Origin: Azolla caroliniana
Lineage: Eukaryota; Plantae; Polypodiophyta
DNA length: 64,000 nucleotides
NCBI GenBank assembly: GCA_043228905.1
Contig: JBHGNT010000012.1
Span: 12,896,001-12,960,000, forward strand
Direction: 5' to 3'
The notes under the pieces are model-generated. The model did not search any database. It saw only the letters and a list, made by a program, of their open reading frames with translations, and was not told the origin of the DNA. The position numbers and the translations under genes were made by a program. Below, one piece after another: positions 12,430-23,188 of the stretch; position 1 is the stretch's first letter; each line of letters opens with the position of its first letter.

Positions 12430-12768
12430 TGTTGTTGGGGTGGGGGGTGAAGTCATTCTAGGCTTCACCCCCCTCCCAAGGGGGTTATGTGTGAGAGAAA
12501 GAGAGAAGTAAAGAAAATAGAGAATGACACAAAATGAGAGGGGAAAAAATGTATTCCACTATGCCCCATGGGTGGGGTTTATATAGTACAAGTCGTAACT
12601 GTTACATTACTTACCCACTTTCTCACCTTTGTACACATGCACACAAATGTGCATGTGTTTATACACATACACATACTAATCCTCACACACCCATTCATAT
12701 TATACATACACAACAACCACATCATTACACATACCCTTATGCCTCCTCGTATATTCTTACGGGTAACA
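12430..12768 (-). repeat. E2 5' LTR
   Basis: Homologous to 4102-4453 and followed by TSD ACAAC. Confidence 0.9.
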
Positions 12769-12773
12769 ACAAC

Positions 12774-13126
12774 CACCCGGATTCGGGTCAACTACGCATC
12801 TGATTGTTGTCAGCCGACTTAAGAAACCTCTCTACGGTCTCAAGCGGGCACCGAGAGAATGACATTCGAAGATAACCCAATATCTTCATCAAATAGGCTT
12901 CAACATGTCCATGTTTGACAACTCTCTGTTCATCCGGAGCGACTCTAGAGGACAGGTATTTATCATTATTTACATGGATGACTTGGTCATAGGAGGAGAG
13001 CATTTAGGAGATATTGAGCACATTAAGAAGCTCCTCTCCAACCGATTCCAACTGAAAGGCATGAAGGAGGTTCATTACTTTCTAGGAATAGAAGTAATTC
13101 GGACTCCTGACGGCATCATGTTTTCT
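12774..13126 (+). pseudogene. pol: H1 Copia RT, segment 2
   Basis: PPGF...LYGLK...IIYMDDLVI...HYFLGIEVIRTPDGIMFS, continuing at 30421 (QRHYILNLLYKFG). Confidence 0.9.
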
Positions 13127-13695
13127 TGTAAACGATTACTTGCGGAAGCGTTAGAAAACAGAGAAAGTAGTGAATACACAGAGTACGTAGGAGAGACAGA
13201 GAGAGCAGAACGTAAAAACTATATTCAAAAATATCTAAAAACACTCTATACATACAACTATGCTCAATAGCATCATTTATACAAGTCCTCGTGGGACTGA
13301 CAGAAGTACCGTGTACTTAAATGCTCACACGAGCATCTAACACTTACTACGAGACTATAATTGCCTAGTGGTCTACACTAATATTAGGCGTCCGGTTACT
13401 GATTGGATCCGGCTAACTAGCTCACCGGCTGAGTTGCTTGCCGGCTCGGTTGCTCACATCTTACCGATCCGTCTCGCTTGCCGGCTTAGGCTTATTCAAC
13501 CAATCCGGCTCTAGTTGAGCTTGCCGCTCAACACTCCCCCTCAAGCTCAACTTGAGGTTGGATCCTGGTGTCAGTCTCTGTGGCAGTCGGTTCTTCCAAC
13601 CGACTTCTCCTGGCGTCGCTCCACCTTGCTCGTGCTCCTCATCCGGTCCGGTTTTGTTTGTCGTGACCCCTCTTGTTCTACGCGCCTCGACCTTC

Positions 13696-15428
13696 TCAGT
13701 TGGTATGTCTGCTAAATAGGCCCCTCTCAGCTCCTTCGCTGCTATGACTCCGGCGCTTGCCGATCCGTCGGTTCCTCCGCGATGGAATCAACTTCCGCTG
13801 CATCCGTGTCTGCTTGGCCTTGAATTGATCCGGTTGTTCCGAATCTGTCTTTTGAACCAAATCGAATATCTCCGATTCGTTCCAGCTCTTGTCCAAATCG
13901 ATTGCTCCCGATTCGTCTTCTGGTTCCAAGCCCTTCACCACATCGGACCATGTCCGGGTCTTGGCCTTCTTCCTTCGGTCGGCTCTGTCCTGCCTTCTTC
14001 CTTCGGTCATCTTTGTCCTTCTTGACTCTGCCGCCCCCTATTCTTCCCTCACCGGCGCAATCAGTAGTCTCTTTGCCTTTGCCCGTTCCGGTGTCTTTGC
14101 CCGTTCTCCCCCTCAAGTGTGGCACGTCGAGATGCTGAACACCAAGCATTTCAGTGAAGTGCTGCAACTTGTCCGATCCGAGTGGTTTGGTGAAGATGTC
14201 GGCAACTTCCCGATCCGTGTGAACATACCGTAGTTCAACTTCACCGCTCAGGACCCGCTCACGCACAAAGTGATAATGCACTTCTATGTGCTTCGTGCGA
14301 GCATGGAACACAGGGTGGGGTTCTTGGCGAGCTGCATGCTGCTGATGTTATCACAATAAATCAGGATTGGGGTTGGTACCTCGATCCGCAAGTCTCGCAG
14401 CAGTTGCCGAAGCCAAATGGCTTCGCAGGTGGCAATGGTAGCGCCCCGATACTCAGCCTCAGTGCTCGACAAAGCAACTATTGGCTGCTTTTTGCTGCTC
14501 CACGCAATAGTCGTACTACCTAGGGAAAACATGTAACCGGAGGTTGATCGGCGATCTAATGCATCATCGGCCTAGTCGGCATCCGTGTAACCGACAAGCT
14601 CTTCGGGTATACCGCGCCGGTATAACAGTGCCCGGTCCTTCATGCCACTGACATACCGCAATATCCTTTGCGCGCACTAAAGGTGCTCCACGGTCGGCTT
14701 CTGCATGAACTGACTTATCATACCAACCGGATAGCTGATGTCGGGTCGCATGATAGTCAAGTAAATAAGGCTTCCAACAATTTGTCGGAACCGTTTCTCG
14801 TTGCAGGCCGGTCGAGAGTTGGGATGGAGCTTCTGGTTCCGGTCCAAGGGTGTGGAGATAGGTCAGCATTCTGTCATGCCGAACTTGTACAACATATTCA
14901 AGACGTAATGTCGTTGTGAGAGTAATATGCCGTCGGGGGTTCGGATCACCCCGATCCCAAGAAAATAATGAAGGTCCCCCAGGTCCTTCATCTCAAATGC
15001 GTCTGACAACAGGGACTTGACGCGGTTGATTTCTGGAACACCCGGTCCAGTGATGACTAGATCATCAACATATAGCAGTATACATATCGGACCGGCTGAG
15101 CCTTGCCGGATGAACAATGAAGAGTCCGATTTGGAGGCCAAAAAACCCATCTTACGCAACCGGTGCGTAATCTTCGCATTCCAAGCTCGAGGGGCTTGCT
15201 TCAAGCCGTACAACGACTTCTTCAGCCGGCATACCGCCGACTAGTTCATCTCTGATTGAAAACCGGGGGCTGAGTCATAAAGACTTCTTCTTCAAGATCA
15301 CCCTGGAGAAATGCATTCTTCACATCCATCTGGTGAAGATACCACCCCCTTGCTGCAACAACCGCCAGCACCACACGAACCGTCATCATCTTCGCTATTG
15401 GAGCGAAGGTCTCGTCGTAGTCGATTCT
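13696..15428 (-). pseudogene. pol: E4 RT, RNase H and C-terminal extension
   Basis: [52 protein letters not shown]. Confidence 0.9.
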
Positions 15429-16655
15429 AGCGTCGTTTTCAATTGCGTTGTGAACCTCTCCCGATTTGTTTGGAGAAGGATACACACGTTATCTGTGATG
15501 GCCTGGCAATGGTTGCGTGCCTCCTCCATCGACTTCTGGAGGTTTGCGATTTCTTGTTGTTTAACCGCCACCACTTCTTCGTACGTGGCCTTCAGGCCCA
15601 CCCGCAACTGGGATTCCTTTGCATGTTGTTCCTCTAATTTCCCCATTTCATTGTTTAGGCGGATTTCGAGCTGATGCCTTCTTTCTTGTTCGACCATCAA
15701 CTGCTCGTCGAACCATACCTTCTTTTTTTCTAATAAGGCTCGGAGTCGCGCGATTGACGCCTCCAATTTCTTCGCGTCCTCCCGTAATTGGGCGTTGTCG
15801 TCTTTTGTCTGGATGTGCCGAGCTACCTCCGTAGCAAGTTTCTCTTCAAGGGTTTTTATTGCCTTCCGGTAGTTCGCCCATATCTCCTTTTCTCTATCTG
15901 AGGATTGGCGTAGTTCTGCTCGAAGGCGGTCAATTTCTAATTCCGCTAGTTGCACGACCCTTTTCGCTTTTGAGGCGATGGCGGTCTGAGCCTTAATTTC
16001 TTCCTTTAAAGCGTCGATGGCGTGGTTTGGTGGCAGAGTTGCGTGTTGCGCCGTAGTCGCGTGAACTTCCAACTCCGCGATGTGTACGTTGGCTTTTTGT
16101 AGTTCGACTTGGGTCAGTTTCACCTTCTTCCAGACATTCTTATTTTTTATGGCCATCTCCTTGGTGCCCGTGCTGACCTTTGCCAGTTCCCGATGGACTT
16201 CGACTAGGGCTGTGTTTAATGGGGGTATCTCCATCCCAGCTCGGCGTACCCCGACGTTCCTCTGTCTGTCGACCCTGGCTAACCGGTCCTCATCGTCGCT
16301 CTCCGTCGTTTGTGTTAGGGCGCGCTCAATCATCTGGCGTTCCACATGCACTTCAGCCATTCGTTGGGCGGCTTTTACATGTTGTGTAGCCAGGAACTCC
16401 ATGAGCTCAAATGAAGTGTCAAACTGTAAGAGGGCGCTGAACTCATGGGTTGTATCCGAGATATCCGGATATGCCAAAACCTCGCTTTCCGCCGTCAATA
16501 CGACTTTCCCTCGTTGGGACTGAGTTGTAATGACCGGTCGTGGCTCCTGGATGATTTCGAAGGTGGTATTGGGTTCTGTAGCTGCGGAGCCATCGCCTTC
16601 GGTCGGTGTTTCTGTCGCCGTGGGGATGTTTTTGACCAACCCCCGCCCATCTTTT
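15429..16655 (-). pseudogene. C-terminal coiled-coil part of the E5 extra ORF
   Basis: Long E/K/Q/L/A-rich heptad ORF (track 15395-16765, whose ends are borrowed from the E6 LTR and E4 RT). Contiguous with 22065-23031 once E6 is removed. Confidence 0.75.
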
Positions 16656-19600
16656 TGACAGGAACTGCACGCTCCGATGAACACCGCTCGGCCACAACCG
16701 AGCTTAGAATCAAACACAAAAAACGGGTAATGAAAACACACGACACAAAGGAGAGAAGAGTACACAGGATGTTTAACGTGGAAAACCCTGAGAGGGAAAA
16801 ACCACGGGAGTCCACAGACTCCAAACTATCACTATAGCACAATGATTACAACAGTGAGCTCACGGAGGCAACGACCTCGCGCTCTCAATCTTCGCCACTA
16901 GCGGCGGTCACAACAGAGGCAACGACCTCTTCCTCTCTCTCTCTCTCTGTGTACACTGTTACGCGCTCTCTAGTCTTGCACCAACAAGAATGACAACAAC
17001 AACAACCTCTAAGTTTTCCTAAGTCATATTTATACTAATAGGACTTTTCGGCTATTTACAAATATAGCCCCATTGGATCCTCAGAAACATATTTACGAAT
17101 ATGTCCCTTCATCCCGTGAGCACTTCTCACCAGGCCTTCACCATCCTTCCGTAGCCGGGTACTCCTCATCCGGTTTTCACCGGGTCTTCCGTAGCTGGGT
17201 ACTCCACATCCGGTTTCACTTCCCATCCGGAGGTACCAATTTCCTAACAAAGTCCCCCTTCACTCCGGCATGGGATGTCTTACTAGTCCGATCCGATTCC
17301 GGCATGCATCCAGCTGGTCGGGTATCAGTACTTTGGTCAGCATATCTGACCCGTTCTCGGCCGTGTGGATCTTCGTCAGCGCGAACTCCTAGTCATCTAC
17401 TCTTTCCCGGATCCAGTGATACCTTCGCTGGATATGCTTCGTCCGGGAATGGTAGGCCGCATTCTTAGCAAGGTGGATGGCACTTTGACTGTCGCAATAG
17501 AGTCGGTATTCATCTTGCCGGATACCGAGCTCTCCGATGAAGTCCTTCATCCATAATATTTCCTTGTCGGCTTCCACAGCCGCCATGTACTCCGCTTCCG
17601 TGGTTGACAACACACCCGTCTTCTACAGCCTCGACTGCCACGAAACAGCTCCCCCTGCATATGTCATTACATACCTAGATGTAGACCGGCTGGTATCCAC
17701 ATCAGCCGACATGTCTGAATCGGTAAAATCGTCAAGTTGAGGTTTTCCGGAGCCGAATCGGAGACACATATTTGAAGTGCCCTTCAAGTACCGGAGTATC
17801 CATTTGACCGTGTTCCAGTGCTCCTTGCCAGGATTGCTCATAAACCGGCTCACCACTCCGACTGCGTATCCTATATCCGGTCGGGTACACACCATTGCGT
17901 ACATTAAGCTCCCGACGGCAAAGGCATATGGAACCTTCATCATATCCGCCTTCAATGCTTTCGTCTTTGGGCTTTGCTTACAGGATAATCTGCAGTTGGC
18001 CGGGAGTGTTGATCCGACTTGTTTCGCTTCTAACATGTTGAACCGCTGAAGCACCTTTGTTACGTATTTCTCTTGTGACAGCCATAGTTGCTTCATTGGC
18101 CGGTTCCAGATGATATGCATCCCCAACATCTGTCTAGCCGGACCCAAGTCTTTCATTCAGAAGGTTTGATTAAGAGCCTTCTTCAACATCCGTATTTTGG
18201 CTTGGTCTCGTCCGACGATCAACATATTGTCCATGTACAGAAGGAGTATCAGGAAGTCGCCTCCTTCGAACTTCTTCACAAACACGCAGTGATCGGTCTG
18301 CGTCTTGTGGTACCCTTGATCGGTCATGAAGGAGTCGAACTTCCAGTACCATTGTCGGGGTGCCTGCTTCAGTCCATACAGGCTCTTCTTCAACCAGCAA
18401 ACCAGGTGCTCCTTCCCTTTCTCCACGAATCCTTCCAGTTGTTGCATGTAGATCTCCTCTTCGAGGTCGCCGTGAAGGAATGCCGTCTTCAAGTCCAGCT
18501 GCTCTACCTCGACGTCCATGCTTGCCGCTATACTCAGCACCGTCGGGATGGAGGTCATCTTTATTACCGGGACAAATATCTCGTTGAAGTCCACGCCCTT
18601 CTTCTGTTGGAACTCCTTCACCACGATCCTGGCTTTGTATCTCGGGGGGTTGCCGGCATCTCCCGGTTTCAACTTGTACACCCACTTGTTTCGGAGTGCC
18701 CTCTTTCCTTTTGGCAACTCCACCAATTCGTACATATGGTTCTCATGCAGGGAATCCATCTCATCCTGCATGGCACTTAACCATTTGCGGTTGTGGGTGT
18801 CATCCTTTGCCTCTACGAAGCTTTCTGGCTCCCCCTCATCGGTTAGGAGCACATGCTCTGCATCCAGAAATCTCCGGGGGGCCCTTCTCTCTTTGAGAGG
18901 ATATCTCCATCTTTGGGCTTCGGTAACCGGCCCCTCCATTTGCTCTTAATCTGAATCCGATTCAGGGTCTTGGCCGGTTCCGGTTTCAGCTTCCTCTACT
19001 TCTTCTTCTGCCGGTTCGGTATCCTCACCGTAACTGGCTGATTCCTCGACTGCTAACCGGTCTCTTGCCGGTTGGGTCTAATCATCGTAGAATCGATCCT
19101 TACCGGTCAACTCGGGAGTTCATTATCTTCTTCTCCGACTCCCAGTCAGCGAGCGTCTTGTCCTCCATAAAGATAATATCTCGACTCCGGAATACCTTCT
19201 TGTGCACCAGGTCCCACACTCGGTAGCCGAACTCATCGTCGCCGTAATCGAGGAATATGCATGGCCGGGTCTTTGGATCCAACTTTCCTCTCCGGTCCTT
19301 AGCTACATGCATGTATGCGAGACACCTGAATACCTTCAGATGCCGGTAGGACACTTCCTTACCGGTCCAGACTCTCTGTGGCGTGTCTCCTTCCAAGGGT
19401 ACTGAGGGTGATCTGTTTATCACATATGTCACCGTCGAGAGTGTCTCAGCCCAAAACTTCTTGGGTAGTTTTGCATGCGCCAGCATACTCCGGACCCTCT
19501 CCATTATGGTTCGGTTCATCCTCTTGGCCAGCCCGTTTAGTTTCGGCATCTTCGGCACGGTAAATTCGAGTTGGATTCCCTTCGAGCGGTAGTACTCCTC

Positions 19601-22064
19601 GAACTGCCCCCCGGTATTCACCTCCGTTATTTGCTCGAACCGCCTTCAGCTTCCGGTCGGTTTCACTTTCCACTCTCGCGTGGAGCTCTTTGAAGACGGA
19701 TAGCACCTGATCCTTCGTCTTCAACGGTGTGGCCCACAGCTTCCGGCGACGATGAGTTCAGGTACCGAGTGTGGGACCTGGTCGACAAGAAGGTATTCAG
19801 GAGTCGAGATATTATCTTCGTGGAGGACAAGTACAACGATCCTGCGTGTGACTTCGTGTCCACTTGACACACATCAGTATGCACCAACTCGAGTGGTGCA
19901 TTACGTCTCATCGGTGGCCTTGGTTGGAAGGAGGTCCGGTTTTGCTTACCGGCCAAACAATCAGTGCACTTCTCCAAGTGCACGTTCTTCACTGGAATGA
20001 GGTTGTCATCCCCAAGCCTCTTCATCCCCTTCTCGCTCATGTGCCACAGCTCACCGGCAGTGTTGGATGCCACGTTCACTTCCTCCGGACATAACCGGGC
20101 ATTCATCAGGTATAACGTGTTGACCTTCTGGGCCTGAGCCACAATCAAGCTCCCTTTTCTGAACTTCATAACATCGTTCCGGATGCTACCCGTGTAGTCT
20201 TCATCATCTAGCCGACCGGCTGATATCAGTTTCAGACGAACCTCCGAAACGTGTCGGACATCCTTCAACAACATCTTGCATCTGGTTGGTGTTGTCAGCC
20301 ACACGTCTCCTATGCCGACAATTCAACATGTACCTTCATTCCCCATCCGGACACAGCCATGATCACCGGCTGAGTAGGATGAGAAGCATTTCCTGTCCGA
20401 GGTAAGGTGGAACGACACTCTGGAGTCGACCACCGAGGTCATCTCGTCGCCGGCAAGGTTTGTCTCACTCTCCTCTGTGATGAGCATCAACTCTTCTTCA
20501 CTTGCCGCGATTGTCATCATTCCGTTCTAGTCCATTCCCCTCCGGTCCCCTCCGGTCTTTACCATTCCGGTCTAGTGTTCGCTTCGAATCGGTACCGTCG
20601 GTTTCCTTGTCTTTTCGGAAAAACCGACAGTTCTTCTAGAAGTGTCCCGGCTTGCCGCAATAGAAGCAAGTAGGCCTCCCCCTTGACTTTGATCGTGTCC
20701 CCGACTTTTCCTGGTTCTAGGGACTACGGTTTCGTTGTCTTCCGCGTTCCGATTCGGTAAGGAGCGCTTTGGAGTCGGAGCTCGTATCCTTATCTTTCCG
20801 ACGTGCCTCTTCATCTAGCAAGCTCAACTTTACTCTTGCTAGGGATAATCGTTTCCCTTCTAGCCCGGCGTTGCCCAAAGTGACAACCAACGTCTCCCAG
20901 CTATCCGGGAGGGAACCGAGCAGGAGTAGCGCTAGTACCTCGTCAGCGAGAGGTACATCCAATGATGTTGCTTGGTGTATCAGCCCCTGGATGGCATTCA
21001 TGTGCTCCGCCATGCTGGAGCCATCTTGGTACCGGAGTCTTACTAACTTTTGGAATACCGAAACCTGGTTAACAACATTTTTGTTCTGAAACATAATCCC
21101 AATCTTCTCCCAGAGCTCATGAGCCTTGCTCTCTTGATTGAAGTGGTTGTATAGGCTCATGTCGATGAAGCACTGTATGTAGGCTGTTGTCTTCATGTAC
21201 ATCACCTCCCATATCGTGGCGTCGATTTTGTCCGGTCTCTTGTCCCCGAACTGAAGCGGCATCCAAAGATCTTTAACCACGAGCATGTCCCTCATCTTCG
21301 ACTTCCACACTGAATAGTTAGAGCCATTGAGCTTGAACATTCTGCCCAACGATTCGTCCATTTTCTGTGTCGTTTCGCTTTGATACCACTTTGACAGGAA
21401 CTACACGCTCCGATGAACACCGCTCGGCCACAACCGAGCTTAGAATCAAACATAGAAAACGGGTAATGAAAACACATGACACAAAGGAGAGAAGAGTACA
21501 CAGGACGTTTAACGTGGAAAACCCTGAGAGGGAAAAACCACGGGAGTCCACAAACTCTAAACTATCACTATATCACAATGATTACAATAGTGAGCTCACG
21601 GAGGCAATGACCTCGCGCTCTCGATCTTCGCCACAAGCGGCGGTCATAACAGAGGCAACGACCTCTTCCTCTCTCTCTCTCTCTGTGTACACTGTTACGC
21701 GTTCTCTAGTCTGGCACCAACAAGAATGACAACAACAACCTCTAAGTTTGCCCTAAGTCATATTTATACTAATATGACTTTTCGGATATTTACAAATATA
21801 GCCCCGTTGGACCCTCAGAAACATATTTACGAATATGTCCCTTCATCCGGTCAACACTTCTCACCGGGCCTTCAACATCTAGCTCTTGCTAGGTACTCCT
21901 CATTCGGTTTAGACCAGGGTCTTCCGTAGCCGGGTACTCCTCATCTGGTTTTCACTGGGTCTTTTATAGCTAGGTACTCCTCATCCGGTTTTCATTGGGT
22001 CTTCCGTAGCTGGGTACTCCACATCCGGTTTCACTTCCCATCCGGAGGGACCTGTTTCCTAACA
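16656..22064 (-). mobile_element. E6: full-length degenerate Tork/Tnt1-like Copia
   Basis: LTRs 16656-17249 and 21392-22064, TSD CTTTT/CTTTC, PBS TGGTATCAAAGC at 21377-21388 and PPT AAGGGGGACTT at 17250-17260. Confidence 0.93.
17350..21361 (-). pseudogene. gag-pol: E6 gag-pol
   Basis: MFKLNGSNYSVWKSKM, LLLLGSLPDSW, VHTDVC, KLDPK..CIFLDYG, RYKARIV, YMDNML, RTKHI; many stops and frameshifts. Confidence 0.92.
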
Positions 22065-23031
22065 CTTTCCTGTCCAAACTACACTGTTTCGGTCTGGGGC
22101 TATCCTGCTGTGTTTCGGTGTCTAGCTTTTGGGGCTGCTTCCATGGAACGTGCCAGTTGTTCCTCCTGTGTTGTCTGTGTGTCTAGTTGGTCAGTAGGTG
22201 GTGTTGTCCTTGGGTTAGGCTGGGCGGGTTGGGGTTCCTCTTTCCCTCTGGGGCCGATAACTCCGTTAACCTGCGCTTCGCGGATCGGGGCGGGGGCGTG
22301 GGGTGGTTGGGCTGCGGTGTCGGCAGGCCTCGGGGTGGAAATAGTACCGTAAGGTACTATTGTATGATCGGCCTGAGCTTTTTGCCTGCTTGGTACGCAT
22401 GCAGGCCTTCCCTTAACGTCGGCCCTGTGATGACCCCCCAATCGAATGTGCGCCCCTCAAAGGTATCGATAATGATGCCCGCCTTCTACTTGGGCATCCC
22501 ATATGCGTTGACATGTACGCATCCGACTTCTAGCAGGAACTTGGCAACATCACAGAAGAAGGGATCAGGAATCTGCTTGGTTCTATTGGCCTTGGCGGAG
22601 GAGGAATATGGCCCGAAATATCGCTGCAGCGCCTCTGCAGGAGGGATTTCGAAATGCCTTTCGCCTAGCGATGACAGGTCCAACTTCTTCCGGATGGAGG
22701 AGTTGGTGACCGTGTCGATGTTAAGCTTCCTGGCAATGTCCATGGCATCCAGGTGTGGGGGTGCTTCTGCGACCCGGATGTACCCATCCAAGCATTTCTC
22801 CACGAGCCATCGACGTAAGGCTGTAGAGATGAAGATCGTCATCACTAGAGGAGGTTTGTGGGAAGGAGATTGGTGGTTGCGGTGGACTGAAGCTGTGTGA
22901 TAGGATGGAGGAGAAGGTGAGGGGGAGGAACGATGGAAGCGCTGATAGCTAGAAGATGAGTTTCTGTTTTGTGCAGAAGATCTTCTGTTTCCTTCTTTTT
23001 GTGGCTTAGGGTTCATTGGGCGGTGAGCCAT
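22065..23031 (-). pseudogene. E5 extra 3' ORF, N-terminal globular part (env-like position)
   Basis: ORF 22486-23031 and its continuation are homologous to E9 ORF 61720-62268 (AEAPPH, FG.(Y/H)S...KA, EG...DW.VI). Confidence 0.75.
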
Positions 23032-23188
23032 CGTGGTGCCGCATGTTCTTGAACTAGGAGTTTGTGCATGTCTTTAGTCGTTTTAATAGTCGCTATCTTC
23101 TCCTGTTTTTTCTTTTTCTTTTTTCTTTTTTTTCGTAACGGTTATCTACAACCTATTTTTACATTATGGTACAAGTGGGGCCGCTCAT

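Larger units (their letters stand above)
4102..12768 (-). mobile_element. E2: non-autonomous (non-coding) LTR retroelement, about 2.9 kb without the nested Copia E3
   Basis: Direct-repeat LTRs 4102-4453 and 12430-12768 (TG...CA) with perfect TSD ACAAC (4097-4101/12769-12773). TATA CTATATAAACCC lies on the minus strand. No gag/pol motifs in 4454-6165 or 11942-12429. Confidence 0.9.

Noticed and set aside
15395-16765. Host SMC/myosin-like coiled-coil gene (456 aa)
   Set aside because: The start lies in the E6 LTR and the end in E4 RT sequence; the core is E5's extra ORF.
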